This document shows, piece by piece, positions 1-8,473 of a stretch of DNA of 64,000 nt. This stretch comes from an uncultured Bdellovibrio sp. (lineage in GTDB: Bacteria; Bdellovibrionota; Bdellovibrionia; Bdellovibrionales; Bdellovibrionaceae). Both the position numbers and the translations under genes were made by a program. The stretch lies in contig CAWVRN010000003.1 of assembly GCA_963932905.1 (NCBI GenBank), forward strand, positions 220,386 to 284,385, written 5' to 3'. Positions within the stretch are counted from its first letter, which is position 1. Each line of letters begins with the position of its first letter. A model generated the notes under the pieces. The model did no database searches, was not told the origin of the DNA, and saw nothing but the letters and a program-made list of their open reading frames with translations.

Positions 1-1672
1 GAGATGCAAACAATACAACACCCACCACAACGGAAGCTACGGCTAGTGCCATTGTCATTTTCGCGCGTTTAAATGCAAAATTAAAGATTGGGATATAGAT
101 TGCGCGAATCCACTCCATCAATTTAGGCTCTTTATCCGCAGCTTTTCCTGACAAGAACACACTCGCTAAAGCTGGTGCTGTAGTAAACGACATTATCAAT
201 GAAGCCGCCACCGCAAAAATGAACGTAGAAGCCATTGGTTGGAACATTTTGCCTTCAACGCCAGTCAAAGCAAATACTGGTAGGAACACCATGATGATGA
301 TTAACTCACCAAAACCGGCCGCCGTTCTGATTTCCACTGTTGCTTCGTAAACTGCTTCTTTCACTTCTTCACGAGACAGCGACCTTCCGAACTCTTGAGA
401 GCGCTTATGAATATAGCGAACGCAGTTATCCAAGACAATTACCGTACCGTCGACGATAATACCGAAATCTAGCGCACCTAAGCTCATTAGGTTTCCAGAG
501 ATTCCCATTGGCTTCATCACCAAGAATGTTGCTAATAGAGAGAATGGAATCGTCACAGCCGTAATAATAGCCGCTCGAATATTTCCTAATAGAATCAAAA
601 GAATGATCGTTACAAGCAAAGCACCCATAATTAAATTATGTTCTACTGTGCCAAGAGTTGCGTTCACTAGATCAGAACGATTGTATACAGTTGTGATCGA
701 TACGCCTTCTGGAAGTTGTTTATTGATCTCGGCCATTTTTTCATGAACACGAGTTGATACTGTCCGGCTGTTTTCACCTAACAACATCATAACCGTTCCA
801 AGAACCGCTTCCTCACCGTCAAAAGTTGCCGATCCAGTTCGTAATTCTTTTCCTAGAGTTACTTTTGCAATATCAGCGATAGTGATCGTTCTAAAAGACT
901 CTAAGGTCTTTACGGGAACTCGACCGATCTCATCAGGGTTCTTAATCAAACCCACACCCTGAATTAAAAACTGCTCGGCAGTTTGTTCTACGTATCCTCC
1001 GCCGACGTTTCTATTAACTTTCTCAAGAGCTTGAACGATGTCATCAAAATGAATTCCGTTCGCGGCCATTTTCTTTGGATCTGGTTGAACATGAAATTGT
1101 TTCTCAAATCCACCAGAAGTATTAATCTCAGCAACACCTTCAACCGTTAACAATCGCGGTTTAACAAACCAATCTTGCAAAGATTTTAACTCCATTAGCT
1201 GGCGAGTGCGTTCATCACCGGATTTTTTCTCTTTGAAATCGATCACGTACTGATAGATTTCTCCAAGACCCGTTGAAATTGGACCCAAACCTGGCTTCGC
1301 AGATGGTGGCAAATCCGACGCAATCCCTTGAAGCCGCTCAGACACAAGCTGACGCGCTCGATAGATATCAAGTCCATCTTTGAACACGACTGTGACTTGT
1401 GAAAGACCGAATCGAGTAATCGATCGAACCTGCTGAACACCAGCGATACCTCGCATAGATGATTCAATCGGAAACGTAATTGTTCTTTCAATCTCTTCAG
1501 GAGCTAGGCCTTCAATGACCGTGTTTACTTGCACCTGATTATTTGTGATATCAGGAACAGCATCAATCGGAAGACTTTGAAAACTGTAAATCCCAGCTAC
1601 AACCATTAGGAGTGTTAACAATAGAATCACTCCTCGATTGAATATGGAAAAACGTATAATTTTGTTTAACAT
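1..1672 (-). CDS. czcA: CzcA/CusA family heavy-metal efflux RND transporter (5' part; runs off window start)
   Basis: Manual translation from ATG 1672: MLNKIIRFSIFNRG...LPIDAVPDITNNQVQVNT...GLAPEEIE...GPISTGLGEIYQY...DFGIIVDGTVIVLDN, typical HME-RND motifs; absent from the ORF track, presumably because it has no stop inside the window. Confidence 0.93.
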   Translation of the reverse strand, partial: MLNKIIRFSIFNRGVILLLTLLMVVAGIYSFQSLPIDAVPDITNNQVQVNTVIEGLAPEEIERTITFPIESSMRGIAGVQQVRSITRFGLSQVTVVFKDGLDIYRARQLVSERLQGIASDLPPSAKPGLGPISTGLGEIYQYVIDFKEKKSGDERTRQLMELKSLQDWFVKPRLLTVEGVAEINTSGGFEKQFHVQPDPKKMAANGIHFDDIVQALEKVNRNVGGGYVEQTAEQFLIQGVGLIKNPDEIGRVPVKTLESFRTITIADIAKVTLGKELRTGSATFDGEEAVLGTVMMLLGENSRTVSTRVHEKMAEINKQLPEGVSITTVYNRSDLVNATLGTVEHNLIMGALLVTIILLILLGNIRAAIITAVTIPFSLLATFLVMKPMGISGNLMSLGALDFGIIVDGTVIVLDNCVRYIHKRSQEFGRSLSREEVKEAVYEATVEIRTAAGFGELIIIMVFLPVFALTGVEGKMFQPMASTFIFAVAASLIMSFTTAPALASVFLSGKAADKEPKLMEWIRAIYIPIFNFAFKRAKMTMALAVASVVVGVVLFAS

Positions 1673-1690
1673 ATATTTAATTCCTTATAA

Positions 1691-2296
1691 TTAATGAGAG
1701 TGACCTTCGGGAGCGCCACCAAAGGCGGCGATCTCGGCAATTCTAAGTAAGCCAGTTCCTTCGACTACAATTTGATCTCCTGCTTTTAAATCTTTCGACT
1801 TAATAACAGCTTTCTTGTCAGTTTTACTGACGAAGACAAAATCCACGCGTTTGTAGTGGCTATCTCGATAGCGATATAAATTTACTTCTGTCCCTGCGGT
1901 AACGATGGCAGTTTTAGGGATTTCAAACTGTGCAGAAGCAGGAACTTGAACTTTTTTAACATCAAAGTTCTTTTCCGCTTCAGGAGAAATCTGAAAACCT
2001 TCTTCTTCACTTGCGCTTACGATTCCTTTACCTGGGCCTATGTTCTCGTTACCTTCTTCGTGACCGTGGCCTCCATGGCCGCCGCCCTCGTCATGGTCAT
2101 CATGCTTCTCGCCTTCATCTGATCCATGATCGTGATCGTCATGCTTTTCATCGCCTTCTTTTCCATGGCCTTCTTGCTTCTCGCCTTTTTCATGTTTGTG
2201 CTCGTCTTTCTTCGATTCGTTAGCCATTCCAACGTTTTCGTAGAAACAGAACATAACTAGAGCACTAAATAAGATCGTTAAAAATCTTGATCTCAT
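1691..2296 (-). CDS. His-rich, short CzcB-like periplasmic adaptor (efflux RND accessory protein)
   Basis: N-terminal signal/TM, long His/Asp/Glu/Gly tract, C-terminal IPKTAIV...LKAGDQIVVEGTGLL...GHSH like the CzcB C-terminus; lies between czcC-like and czcA. Confidence 0.75.
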   Translation of the reverse strand: MRSRFLTILFSALVMFCFYENVGMANESKKDEHKHEKGEKQEGHGKEGDEKHDDHDHGSDEGEKHDDHDEGGGHGGHGHEEGNENIGPGKGIVSASEEEGFQISPEAEKNFDVKKVQVPASAQFEIPKTAIVTAGTEVNLYRYRDSHYKRVDFVFVSKTDKKAVIKSKDLKAGDQIVVEGTGLLRIAEIAAFGGAPEGHSH

Positions 2297-3522
2297 AATA
2301 CAACCTCGCTGAATTTATTATCCATAATGAGAATTCGTCCGTATGTTTCCAAAGCTTCCAGCTCCGAAGCATTTCTTCGTTCTTCAAGATCAAACAACTG
2401 TCGATGCGCTTCAATCACCAAAGGACTAGAAACTAACCCTTTGAAAAATTGACGTTCAACCTTCTCATGTCTTTCTTCAAGCGCCTTCACACTTAAGGAA
2501 TTTTTTAGGCTCGCGATCATTTTATTGTATCTATTCACAAGCTCACTTCGAGACGCTGACAATTTTTTACGAGATTGGTCAGCAACTAATTCAGCCTCGA
2601 TAAGTTTTTGAGAACGATACTGACGATTACCGCTGTTTGTTGTTAGAACTGGAATCGGTAAAGAAAGTCCGACGCCAACAAAGGTTGTTGTTTCGCCGTT
2701 GTCCTTTGTGAGCTTCATAGATGGGCCAAGTTTCAAATCAGGCCAAGCTTCACTTTCTGCTCTATCTTTCTGGCTTCTGGCAAGTTTAAGATCAGCAACT
2801 GCTTGTCTCATTTGCGGAGAAGCTTCAATATCACCTTCAACAGAAACTTCAGCCCACTTTTCTTTTCTAGAAGGAAGACTTTTCAAGATTGCTTCCTTCG
2901 AAATTCCAGTTACGGCTGATAATCCCTGAACTAACTTTTCTTGATCCGCTTGGAGCTGAGTTAGCTTTAACTGGTGATCAGAAAGCGCCATTTTAAACAC
3001 CGTTAGCGACACATCCTGTTCGGGTGATAATGCCGGTCGTTTTTGAAACTGATCAACGATTTTGGTAAAGGTGTTAACAGACTCATTGCCTAGAGCAATT
3101 TCTGTTTTTAGATGGGAGAGGCGATACAGTGAAAGCATAATTTCTAGTCGAGTTTGATTCACTGAGAGATCACGAGAAGCTTGCGCTCTTTGAATCTCGC
3201 TCCTCGCTTCACTCACTAACGCATCTTTCTTTCCACCTAATCTCAAAGTAAAGAGTAATGCGGCAGAGGTCTCAGTTTTGTCAGAACCCTTCCAAACACT
3301 ATCTACATCTAAATCAGGATTGACCCATTGTTGGGCAGCGTCCTCTAGTTTTGATGCACTCTGTACCTGCTGCTCAGAAATTCTAATGTCCGAAGAGCTT
3401 TTCTCAGCGCATTTTACAAAATCGGCATAGGAATTAGGCTGGCAATTTGATGCCGCCTCAGCCGAGAACACCGGTTGGAACGCAATAGATAGCGCTACGA
3501 CAGTGCGAATAACATTGTTCAT
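2293..3522 (-). CDS. czcC: TolC/CzcC family outer-membrane efflux protein
   Basis: Signal peptide, two repeats with NPDL / WPDLKLG...GVGLSLPIPV...N.G motifs, helical content, position in RND operon. Confidence 0.85.
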   Translation of the reverse strand: MNNVIRTVVALSIAFQPVFSAEAASNCQPNSYADFVKCAEKSSSDIRISEQQVQSASKLEDAAQQWVNPDLDVDSVWKGSDKTETSAALLFTLRLGGKKDALVSEARSEIQRAQASRDLSVNQTRLEIMLSLYRLSHLKTEIALGNESVNTFTKIVDQFQKRPALSPEQDVSLTVFKMALSDHQLKLTQLQADQEKLVQGLSAVTGISKEAILKSLPSRKEKWAEVSVEGDIEASPQMRQAVADLKLARSQKDRAESEAWPDLKLGPSMKLTKDNGETTTFVGVGLSLPIPVLTTNSGNRQYRSQKLIEAELVADQSRKKLSASRSELVNRYNKMIASLKNSLSVKALEERHEKVERQFFKGLVSSPLVIEAHRQLFDLEERRNASELEALETYGRILIMDNKFSEVVL

Positions 3523-3638
3523 TGGAATACTCCAAAAGTAAAAAGTTGTTTGTTTCGAAATCCAAAACGAAAAGCAGTAGCTAATCGATAGACTATCGAA
3601 TCGTTAAAGTTGTCTTGAGATTGGAGCCTTATAGACTC

Positions 3639-3980
3639 TTAAGATATTGGAGGACGGAAAGGGCTTGATTTAAAATCTGAAAGATTAAAGTCACCTTTTA
3701 CTGGTACGAAACCAGATAATTCATGAGTCGAAAACAAAAGTAAATTAGCGGAAATAGTAAAAGAGCAGTGCCCTAGATGACAATTATGACATGCTCTGTG
3801 TTCGTGAGATGCTTCAGAATGATTCTCATCCTGGCAAGGAACAGCTGCTTTTAAAACAGACACTTTGTCTTCACTTGAAATAGAATTACGAGGGTGAGAG
3901 TCATCGCAAGAACCGTTCACAGGTTTTGAAACGCTAACCATAGTAATTAAGATGAATAGAAAAGCCAAAAATGTTTTCAA
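3639..3980 (-). CDS. Small exported His/Cys-rich metal-binding protein (CzcI/DUF2946-like)
   Basis: Signal peptide, HEHRACHNCHLGHC cluster, C-terminal PFRPPI motif; first gene of the efflux operon. Confidence 0.65.
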   Translation of the reverse strand: MKTFLAFLFILITMVSVSKPVNGSCDDSHPRNSISSEDKVSVLKAAVPCQDENHSEASHEHRACHNCHLGHCSFTISANLLLFSTHELSGFVPVKGDFNLSDFKSSPFRPPIS

Positions 3981-4000
3981 AAACGTCCTTTATTTACTTA

Positions 4001-4029
4001 AACTTACCTCGACCTATTTTATTTGTCAA
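4001..4029 (-). promoter_or_regulatory. Sigma70-type promoter of the czc operon
   Basis: Minus strand TTGACA-17 nt-TAAGTT, then AAGGA RBS and TTG start at 3980. Confidence 0.6.
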
Positions 4030-4154
4030 AGCCGGGATCTGATATTTCAATCTTATAATCGGTAAGTTGACTTTGAGACTTAACCTCAAGAAAACATAAA
4101 GGATTTTGATTCAGATTGAGACAATTGACCTTATTTGAAATAAATTAAATGTTT

Positions 4155-4931
4155 TTAGGAGTTCGGTCGCCAGACTTTTATTTCAGCCAGTTCTTCTTCT
4201 GTGGGAGTATCTTTCTGCCATTTGGATTTCAGGAATCTGTCCGTCTCAACTTTCCAAGGTAGCTCAACTCTATTTTCGAGTAAAAATTTATACCTTTCAA
4301 CTCCCGACATTTTCTTGTTCTTCAGCCAATCTTCATATGCTGACTCTCGAATGATAAAAATGCTTCTGTCATGTCCAGCATTAAAAAATGCTTCGTAAGG
4401 GTCATCTGTAATTAATGTGAATGTTTCCTTTACTTCCCCAGTTGTTCTATTCATCCAGTCTTCCCAGAGTCCCGCGACATAGTATGTTTCTTTGTTTTCA
4501 AGGCAGAATTGAACCATTTGGCCGCCATGAGTACCGAAATAACATGATTCAATCGCTGACGTTAATGGAACTAAACAAGTGTGCCCTTTATTGAATGAGT
4601 TTCTCCATGTAGGTACTTCATAAATATATTCAATAATTTTATTTCCGTTTTTGTCCAAGACCAACTCACCCATCCTGTTTCGCTTATAACGCCGCATACG
4701 AGCATTGTAAGTGGTGGGCTTAAACGGAAATTTGCTGGCCCACTCTGGACATATGGAAAAAATTAGCTCCCTTATTTGGGTTTTTCCATTTTTGTGAACT
4801 ACAACTGGAGCCGTCTCTGTCTTTGGATATCCTCTTATCCTGAAATCAAATTCTTGCTGGACATACTTTTCGACGTCGAATTTTTTTGCGATATCTTTTG
4901 CTTTAGCGACTAGAATATATGACTCACACAT
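4155..4931 (-). CDS. SOS response-associated peptidase (SRAP/YedK/HMCES family, abasic-site crosslinking)
   Basis: Cys at position 2 (MC), YNAR motif, CLVP, AGLWEDW, TFTLIT, GHDR motif. Confidence 0.85.
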   Translation of the reverse strand: MCESYILVAKAKDIAKKFDVEKYVQQEFDFRIRGYPKTETAPVVVHKNGKTQIRELIFSICPEWASKFPFKPTTYNARMRRYKRNRMGELVLDKNGNKIIEYIYEVPTWRNSFNKGHTCLVPLTSAIESCYFGTHGGQMVQFCLENKETYYVAGLWEDWMNRTTGEVKETFTLITDDPYEAFFNAGHDRSIFIIRESAYEDWLKNKKMSGVERYKFLLENRVELPWKVETDRFLKSKWQKDTPTEEELAEIKVWRPNS

Positions 4932-5081
4932 TTTGACCTTCTATTTATGGTCGATTGATTCCAATCTAACATCAACCTGCAAATAATCTTTTCCCTGTCT
5001 ATAAGTCTAATTCAACGACATCTTTAGTCATTTAACAGGAAAGCCGTTGATTTGCACTTACATATAATTTACATATTAATC

Positions 5082-5417
5082 ATGGAACCGAAAGAGTGGC
5101 AACATTTGCTGGATTTTTTTAAGCACGTTCAAGCCAAAATTTATCGTGTAAAGTTCCATGGGACGATAACGATGGCTGACCGTAGGCGATACCAACCTTT
5201 GCTTAACAGCATTGATATATTGGTTAAAGTGGCCTCCGGTGAAATTGAACAAAGCTATCGAAATTTTAAATATTGTAGAAATGCTTGGCTAAGAGTCGTT
5301 GACCTCCTTAAAAGAGATCGGGATTTTTTTGACGAGTATAAAAAAGACAAAGAGCTAAAATTGATTTTAAGGAAATTTTTAGAAAGGGGAACAAATGATC
5401 ACCACAAAGTATATTAG
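5082..5417 (+). CDS. Hypothetical protein
   Basis: ORF (track start 5052 TTG; ATG 5082 preferred); overlaps the next ORF. Confidence 0.5.
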   Translation: MEPKEWQHLLDFFKHVQAKIYRVKFHGTITMADRRRYQPLLNSIDILVKVASGEIEQSYRNFKYCRNAWLRVVDLLKRDRDFFDEYKKDKELKLILRKFLERGTNDHHKVY

Positions 5418-5631
5418 TCCAAAATTAGGTTTTTTGAAAAGCATGCCTGCATTACTGAGCTACGTCGAAAAAATGAAGTTCGATCTAGAATCTATAATTT
5501 CAATTGAAAAGAAAGATTTTGGATACGCATTTAATGGACTTCGTTTTTCGTATCATGTCCAAACAGATTCTCAATTCAGTTTTTTTAGATTGAACCTAGT
5601 AATAAACGAAATTCAGTGTGAGGCATCGTGA
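5395..5631 (+). CDS. Hypothetical protein
   Basis: AGGGGA RBS before ATG; coupled to neighbours. Confidence 0.55.
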   Translation: MITTKYISPKLGFLKSMPALLSYVEKMKFDLESIISIEKKDFGYAFNGLRFSYHVQTDSQFSFFRLNLVINEIQCEAS

Positions 5632-5918
5632 CTCGAAGACCTCAATATCATCCTCCTGTTCCTAAAAACCCTGTATGGAAAAAGGTTGGAAATTTCTATT
5701 ACGCGGATAAAACGGAGTTTGAGAAATTGCTCAGCGAATGTGTTTTCTTAGACAGCTATATACAAAAGACTCTAGGAAACGCATACAAATATATCGGGCA
5801 TGTCTTAGCTGGAATGGGGTTAGAAGCCTCCACTGCTGTATTTGTAGAAAGCGCATTAGATTCCTCGTTGAAAAAAAACGACCATTATCCAAGAGAGCAA
5901 GTTTACAAAAACCCGTAA
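5628..5918 (+). CDS. Hypothetical protein
   Basis: GAGG RBS, GTGA start/stop overlap with the previous ORF. Confidence 0.55.
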   Translation: MTRRPQYHPPVPKNPVWKKVGNFYYADKTEFEKLLSECVFLDSYIQKTLGNAYKYIGHVLAGMGLEASTAVFVESALDSSLKKNDHYPREQVYKNP

Positions 5919-5927
5919 ATACCGTTT

Positions 5928-6143
5928 ATGAGCCCCGTCGAAACATTTATTTCTGAAAAGACGAAATTAGCCAACATCTTAAAAAGGTGGTGGCAGTATG
6001 AAGATGAAGAAATCGACTTCGACCTCGTCTTAGGAAAACTGAGGTTGTTAGTTAATCAATGCCCTGACGAGTTTGCAGAACAGTTTCAACTTGAGCTGAT
6101 CGAAATAGAAAATGACCTGAGAGAATACGGACTAATCGAATAA
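5928..6143 (+). CDS. Hypothetical acidic helical protein
   Basis: 71-aa ORF, 9 nt after the previous stop. Confidence 0.5.
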   Translation: MSPVETFISEKTKLANILKRWWQYEDEEIDFDLVLGKLRLLVNQCPDEFAEQFQLELIEIENDLREYGLIE

Positions 6144-6165
6144 AGTCCGTACTTCGTAATAAACT

Positions 6166-6579
6166 CTAATAGAGATAAATTATTACCATAAAGTTATTTT
6201 TACACCAATGAGCCCAATCACCCTCTTTAACAACTCCATGTCCAGATCGGCAAGGACCTAAATCTTTTGGGCGCGGCCAAACATCCTCAACTAGATATCG
6301 ACCTCGATCAAAAATCATTCTTCCACTTTTATCGAAAACTGCAAACCGTTCAGAGGAAGTAATGTCATACAAAAATCCATAAGAAAGCTTGTCCTTGTTT
6401 GGGAGTTTTTCTATCTCGCCTTCAGACAACGCAACCACGCCAGCGTAACCACCTTCCATGCCGCTGTCATGGAAAGTGTTCAAAGTGCCTCTCAGAAACG
6501 ACCTCTGTTCTTGATTATTAAAATCATTCAGATGAATCGGCTTTTTAGAAAAAACATTTTTAATAAATTCAAACATCAA
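6166..6579 (-). CDS. Hypothetical protein
   Basis: Strong AGGAGG RBS just upstream; 137 aa. Confidence 0.6.
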   Translation of the reverse strand: MMFEFIKNVFSKKPIHLNDFNNQEQRSFLRGTLNTFHDSGMEGGYAGVVALSEGEIEKLPNKDKLSYGFLYDITSSERFAVFDKSGRMIFDRGRYLVEDVWPRPKDLGPCRSGHGVVKEGDWAHWCKNNFMVIIYLY

Positions 6580-6591
6580 TTCCTCCTATAT

Positions 6592-6771
6592 CTATTGTGA
6601 ACTTCCCACTAGCTGCTGATTCACTTTCCTCATACTCTCTAACCCCTTCCGTGTGCTATCTAAAGCTCTGCCTTGAAGATCTGTAAGAACTGATACAAGA
6701 AAGCCAGAAATAATGAGAATCCGAATCGCACCAAATAAAATAGTAAATGATCTAAAAACTATACTCTCCAA
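6592..6771 (-). CDS. Small single-TM hypothetical protein (59 aa, not in ORF track)
   Basis: GAGGG RBS + TTG: MESIVFRSFTILFGAIRILIISGFLVSVLTDLQGRALDSTRKGLESMRKVNQQLVGSSQ*; stop 12 nt before the next gene. Confidence 0.5.
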   Translation of the reverse strand: MESIVFRSFTILFGAIRILIISGFLVSVLTDLQGRALDSTRKGLESMRKVNQQLVGSSQ

Positions 6772-6826
6772 AATTCCCTCCTGATAGGAAAGGAAAGCTT
6801 CCTTTCAAACTGTAGTCCAATCTAGA

Positions 6827-8473
6827 TTAGCCAAATGCAATAGGTTCGGTCGTTGGTCTTAGTAGTTGACGCAAGCCAGTTGGATTTTTTCCTATAATGC
6901 TTTTAATTGAACTTGAAACCTTAATCGAGTCTTTACTGCTTGAAGTCGCTAAATGGATTGAGTCAAATCCCAAATCTGAAATCCTCTCTGCATACACTTC
7001 ACCTTTAAATTCAGCGCCAAGATTAGAGTCGATAAAAATTGGCGTACAATTCCCAATAGATTTCGATTCTTCGAAAAACGATTGTACATTAGAGTAAGTT
7101 TTTATTTTAAATCCATTTTTAGAACTCCAAATTTCCCATGTTGTCCTATGAATTTCTTCGTCATCGATTAATACAAGATCCAGAGAATTTAAGTCTATTA
7201 TTTCTCGAGTCTTAGAATCTAGAATTTCCGATACAGGAAATTGGATTGTAACCTGGGTTCCTTTTCCTAATTCTGAGGATAAAGAAAAACTACCGCCAAT
7301 CTCCTTCAAGGTTTTAATTGCCGAAAAAACTCCGCGTCCAGTCCCGGTACCATTGTTTCTATGCGAGAATCCTTTGGTTCCTACTTTTCTGATAACATCA
7401 TTTGATATTCCAACGCCAGTATCCGAAATTACAATTTTAACTTCGCCTGCGTTGCAACTCAGTTCGACTTCTATCTCTTTTTCTTTCAGGCAAGCATGAA
7501 TTGAGTTATCGATAACGTTGGATAAAATTCTCGCAAGCGAAGCACTGCTTAACTTCGTCTCGACATTGAAGTTAGGAGGTCCAATGTACTTAATATTCCC
7601 TCCCACAAATAGTGGGGACTTTTCAGTGATGATATCGTTAACAGCAGTTCCAAGATTAAAACTCCTGACGTCACTCAAATTATCAATCCTCATTTCTGCC
7701 TGAAGAAGAAAATTTGCAACTGATTTGGCACGGCTTACTGCCTGGTCTAAAGCCTTTTTCAATTGATTTTGAGGTAGATCCATCAATTCCACTAAAGCGC
7801 TGATAGCCGCAATCGGACTTCGAATATCATGTGCGACTTGTTGATTATTCTCTCGAATAGCTAGCATAACCGCTTTTTCAGCCTCTATGTCTTTAGAAGT
7901 CTTAATTTTGAGTCGCAATTCATTTAGTTCGTTTATTTCTAGTGATTTATCGCCTAAAAGATTATTTATCAAAGGATCGAAAATGTCTTTTGCAATTCTC
8001 TCTTTCGTAGATTGAATAAAATAAATTCCGACAAGAACAAGAATCAGCGACCACCCCAAACTTCTGAAGATTGACCAAAAGTCGTCTAAGTAACTAAACC
8101 TTGCGCGAATAACCTGAGTTCCGGACCCAGTAATTTTCACTTCTACAATTCGCTCAAATAGCTTGCGCGATTCTGTACATGAATTTAATGACCTGTTGGC
8201 CCCAATAACTTGCGTTTCTCCAGAACAAACTTCAGCCCCAGTAGCTCCTGCTTGAGTTAAAACCATTCCCAAAATACTCTCCGCTAACACGCGGTTATTC
8301 TGATTAAAAGCGAGACTCAAGAGATCAGCAGTTTGCTTAACGTATGTATCGTTTTTTACCTGTATCGCATAGAAAGATCGTACAGAAAAAAAGACCCAAA
8401 CAGAGATCATAAAAAGAGCCACGATCATTTGTGGTCTAGTGTGGTACTTTTTTAACCATTCTTTTAATGTCAT
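6827..8473 (-). CDS. Membrane hybrid sensor histidine kinase (2 TM, periplasmic domain, HisKA, HATPase_c, C-terminal receiver)
   Basis: H-box AHDIRSP, N-box NVIDNS, G1 DTGVG, G2 GTGRG; receiver LIDDE...FIDSNLG...LATS...IGK. Confidence 0.92.
   Translation of the reverse strand: MTLKEWLKKYHTRPQMIVALFMISVWVFFSVRSFYAIQVKNDTYVKQTADLLSLAFNQNNRVLAESILGMVLTQAGATGAEVCSGETQVIGANRSLNSCTESRKLFERIVEVKITGSGTQVIRARFSYLDDFWSIFRSLGWSLILVLVGIYFIQSTKERIAKDIFDPLINNLLGDKSLEINELNELRLKIKTSKDIEAEKAVMLAIRENNQQVAHDIRSPIAAISALVELMDLPQNQLKKALDQAVSRAKSVANFLLQAEMRIDNLSDVRSFNLGTAVNDIITEKSPLFVGGNIKYIGPPNFNVETKLSSASLARILSNVIDNSIHACLKEKEIEVELSCNAGEVKIVISDTGVGISNDVIRKVGTKGFSHRNNGTGTGRGVFSAIKTLKEIGGSFSLSSELGKGTQVTIQFPVSEILDSKTREIIDLNSLDLVLIDDEEIHRTTWEIWSSKNGFKIKTYSNVQSFFEESKSIGNCTPIFIDSNLGAEFKGEVYAERISDLGFDSIHLATSSSKDSIKVSSSIKSIIGKNPTGLRQLLRPTTEPIAFG

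Noticed and set aside
1243..1491. 82-aa minus-strand ORF in the track
   Set aside because: Out-of-frame shadow inside czcA, whose frame from ATG 1672 reads through this region.
2060..2210. Repetitive CAT/GAT-rich DNA as a tandem repeat or CRISPR
   Set aside because: Explained by His/Asp/Glu codons of the metal-binding tract; no repeat-spacer structure was seen anywhere in the window.
6724..6735. TCGCACCAA match to the tRNA 3' end as a possible second att site
   Set aside because: Only 9 bp, inverted relative to the tRNA and inside a small ORF; an att partner should be a direct repeat.
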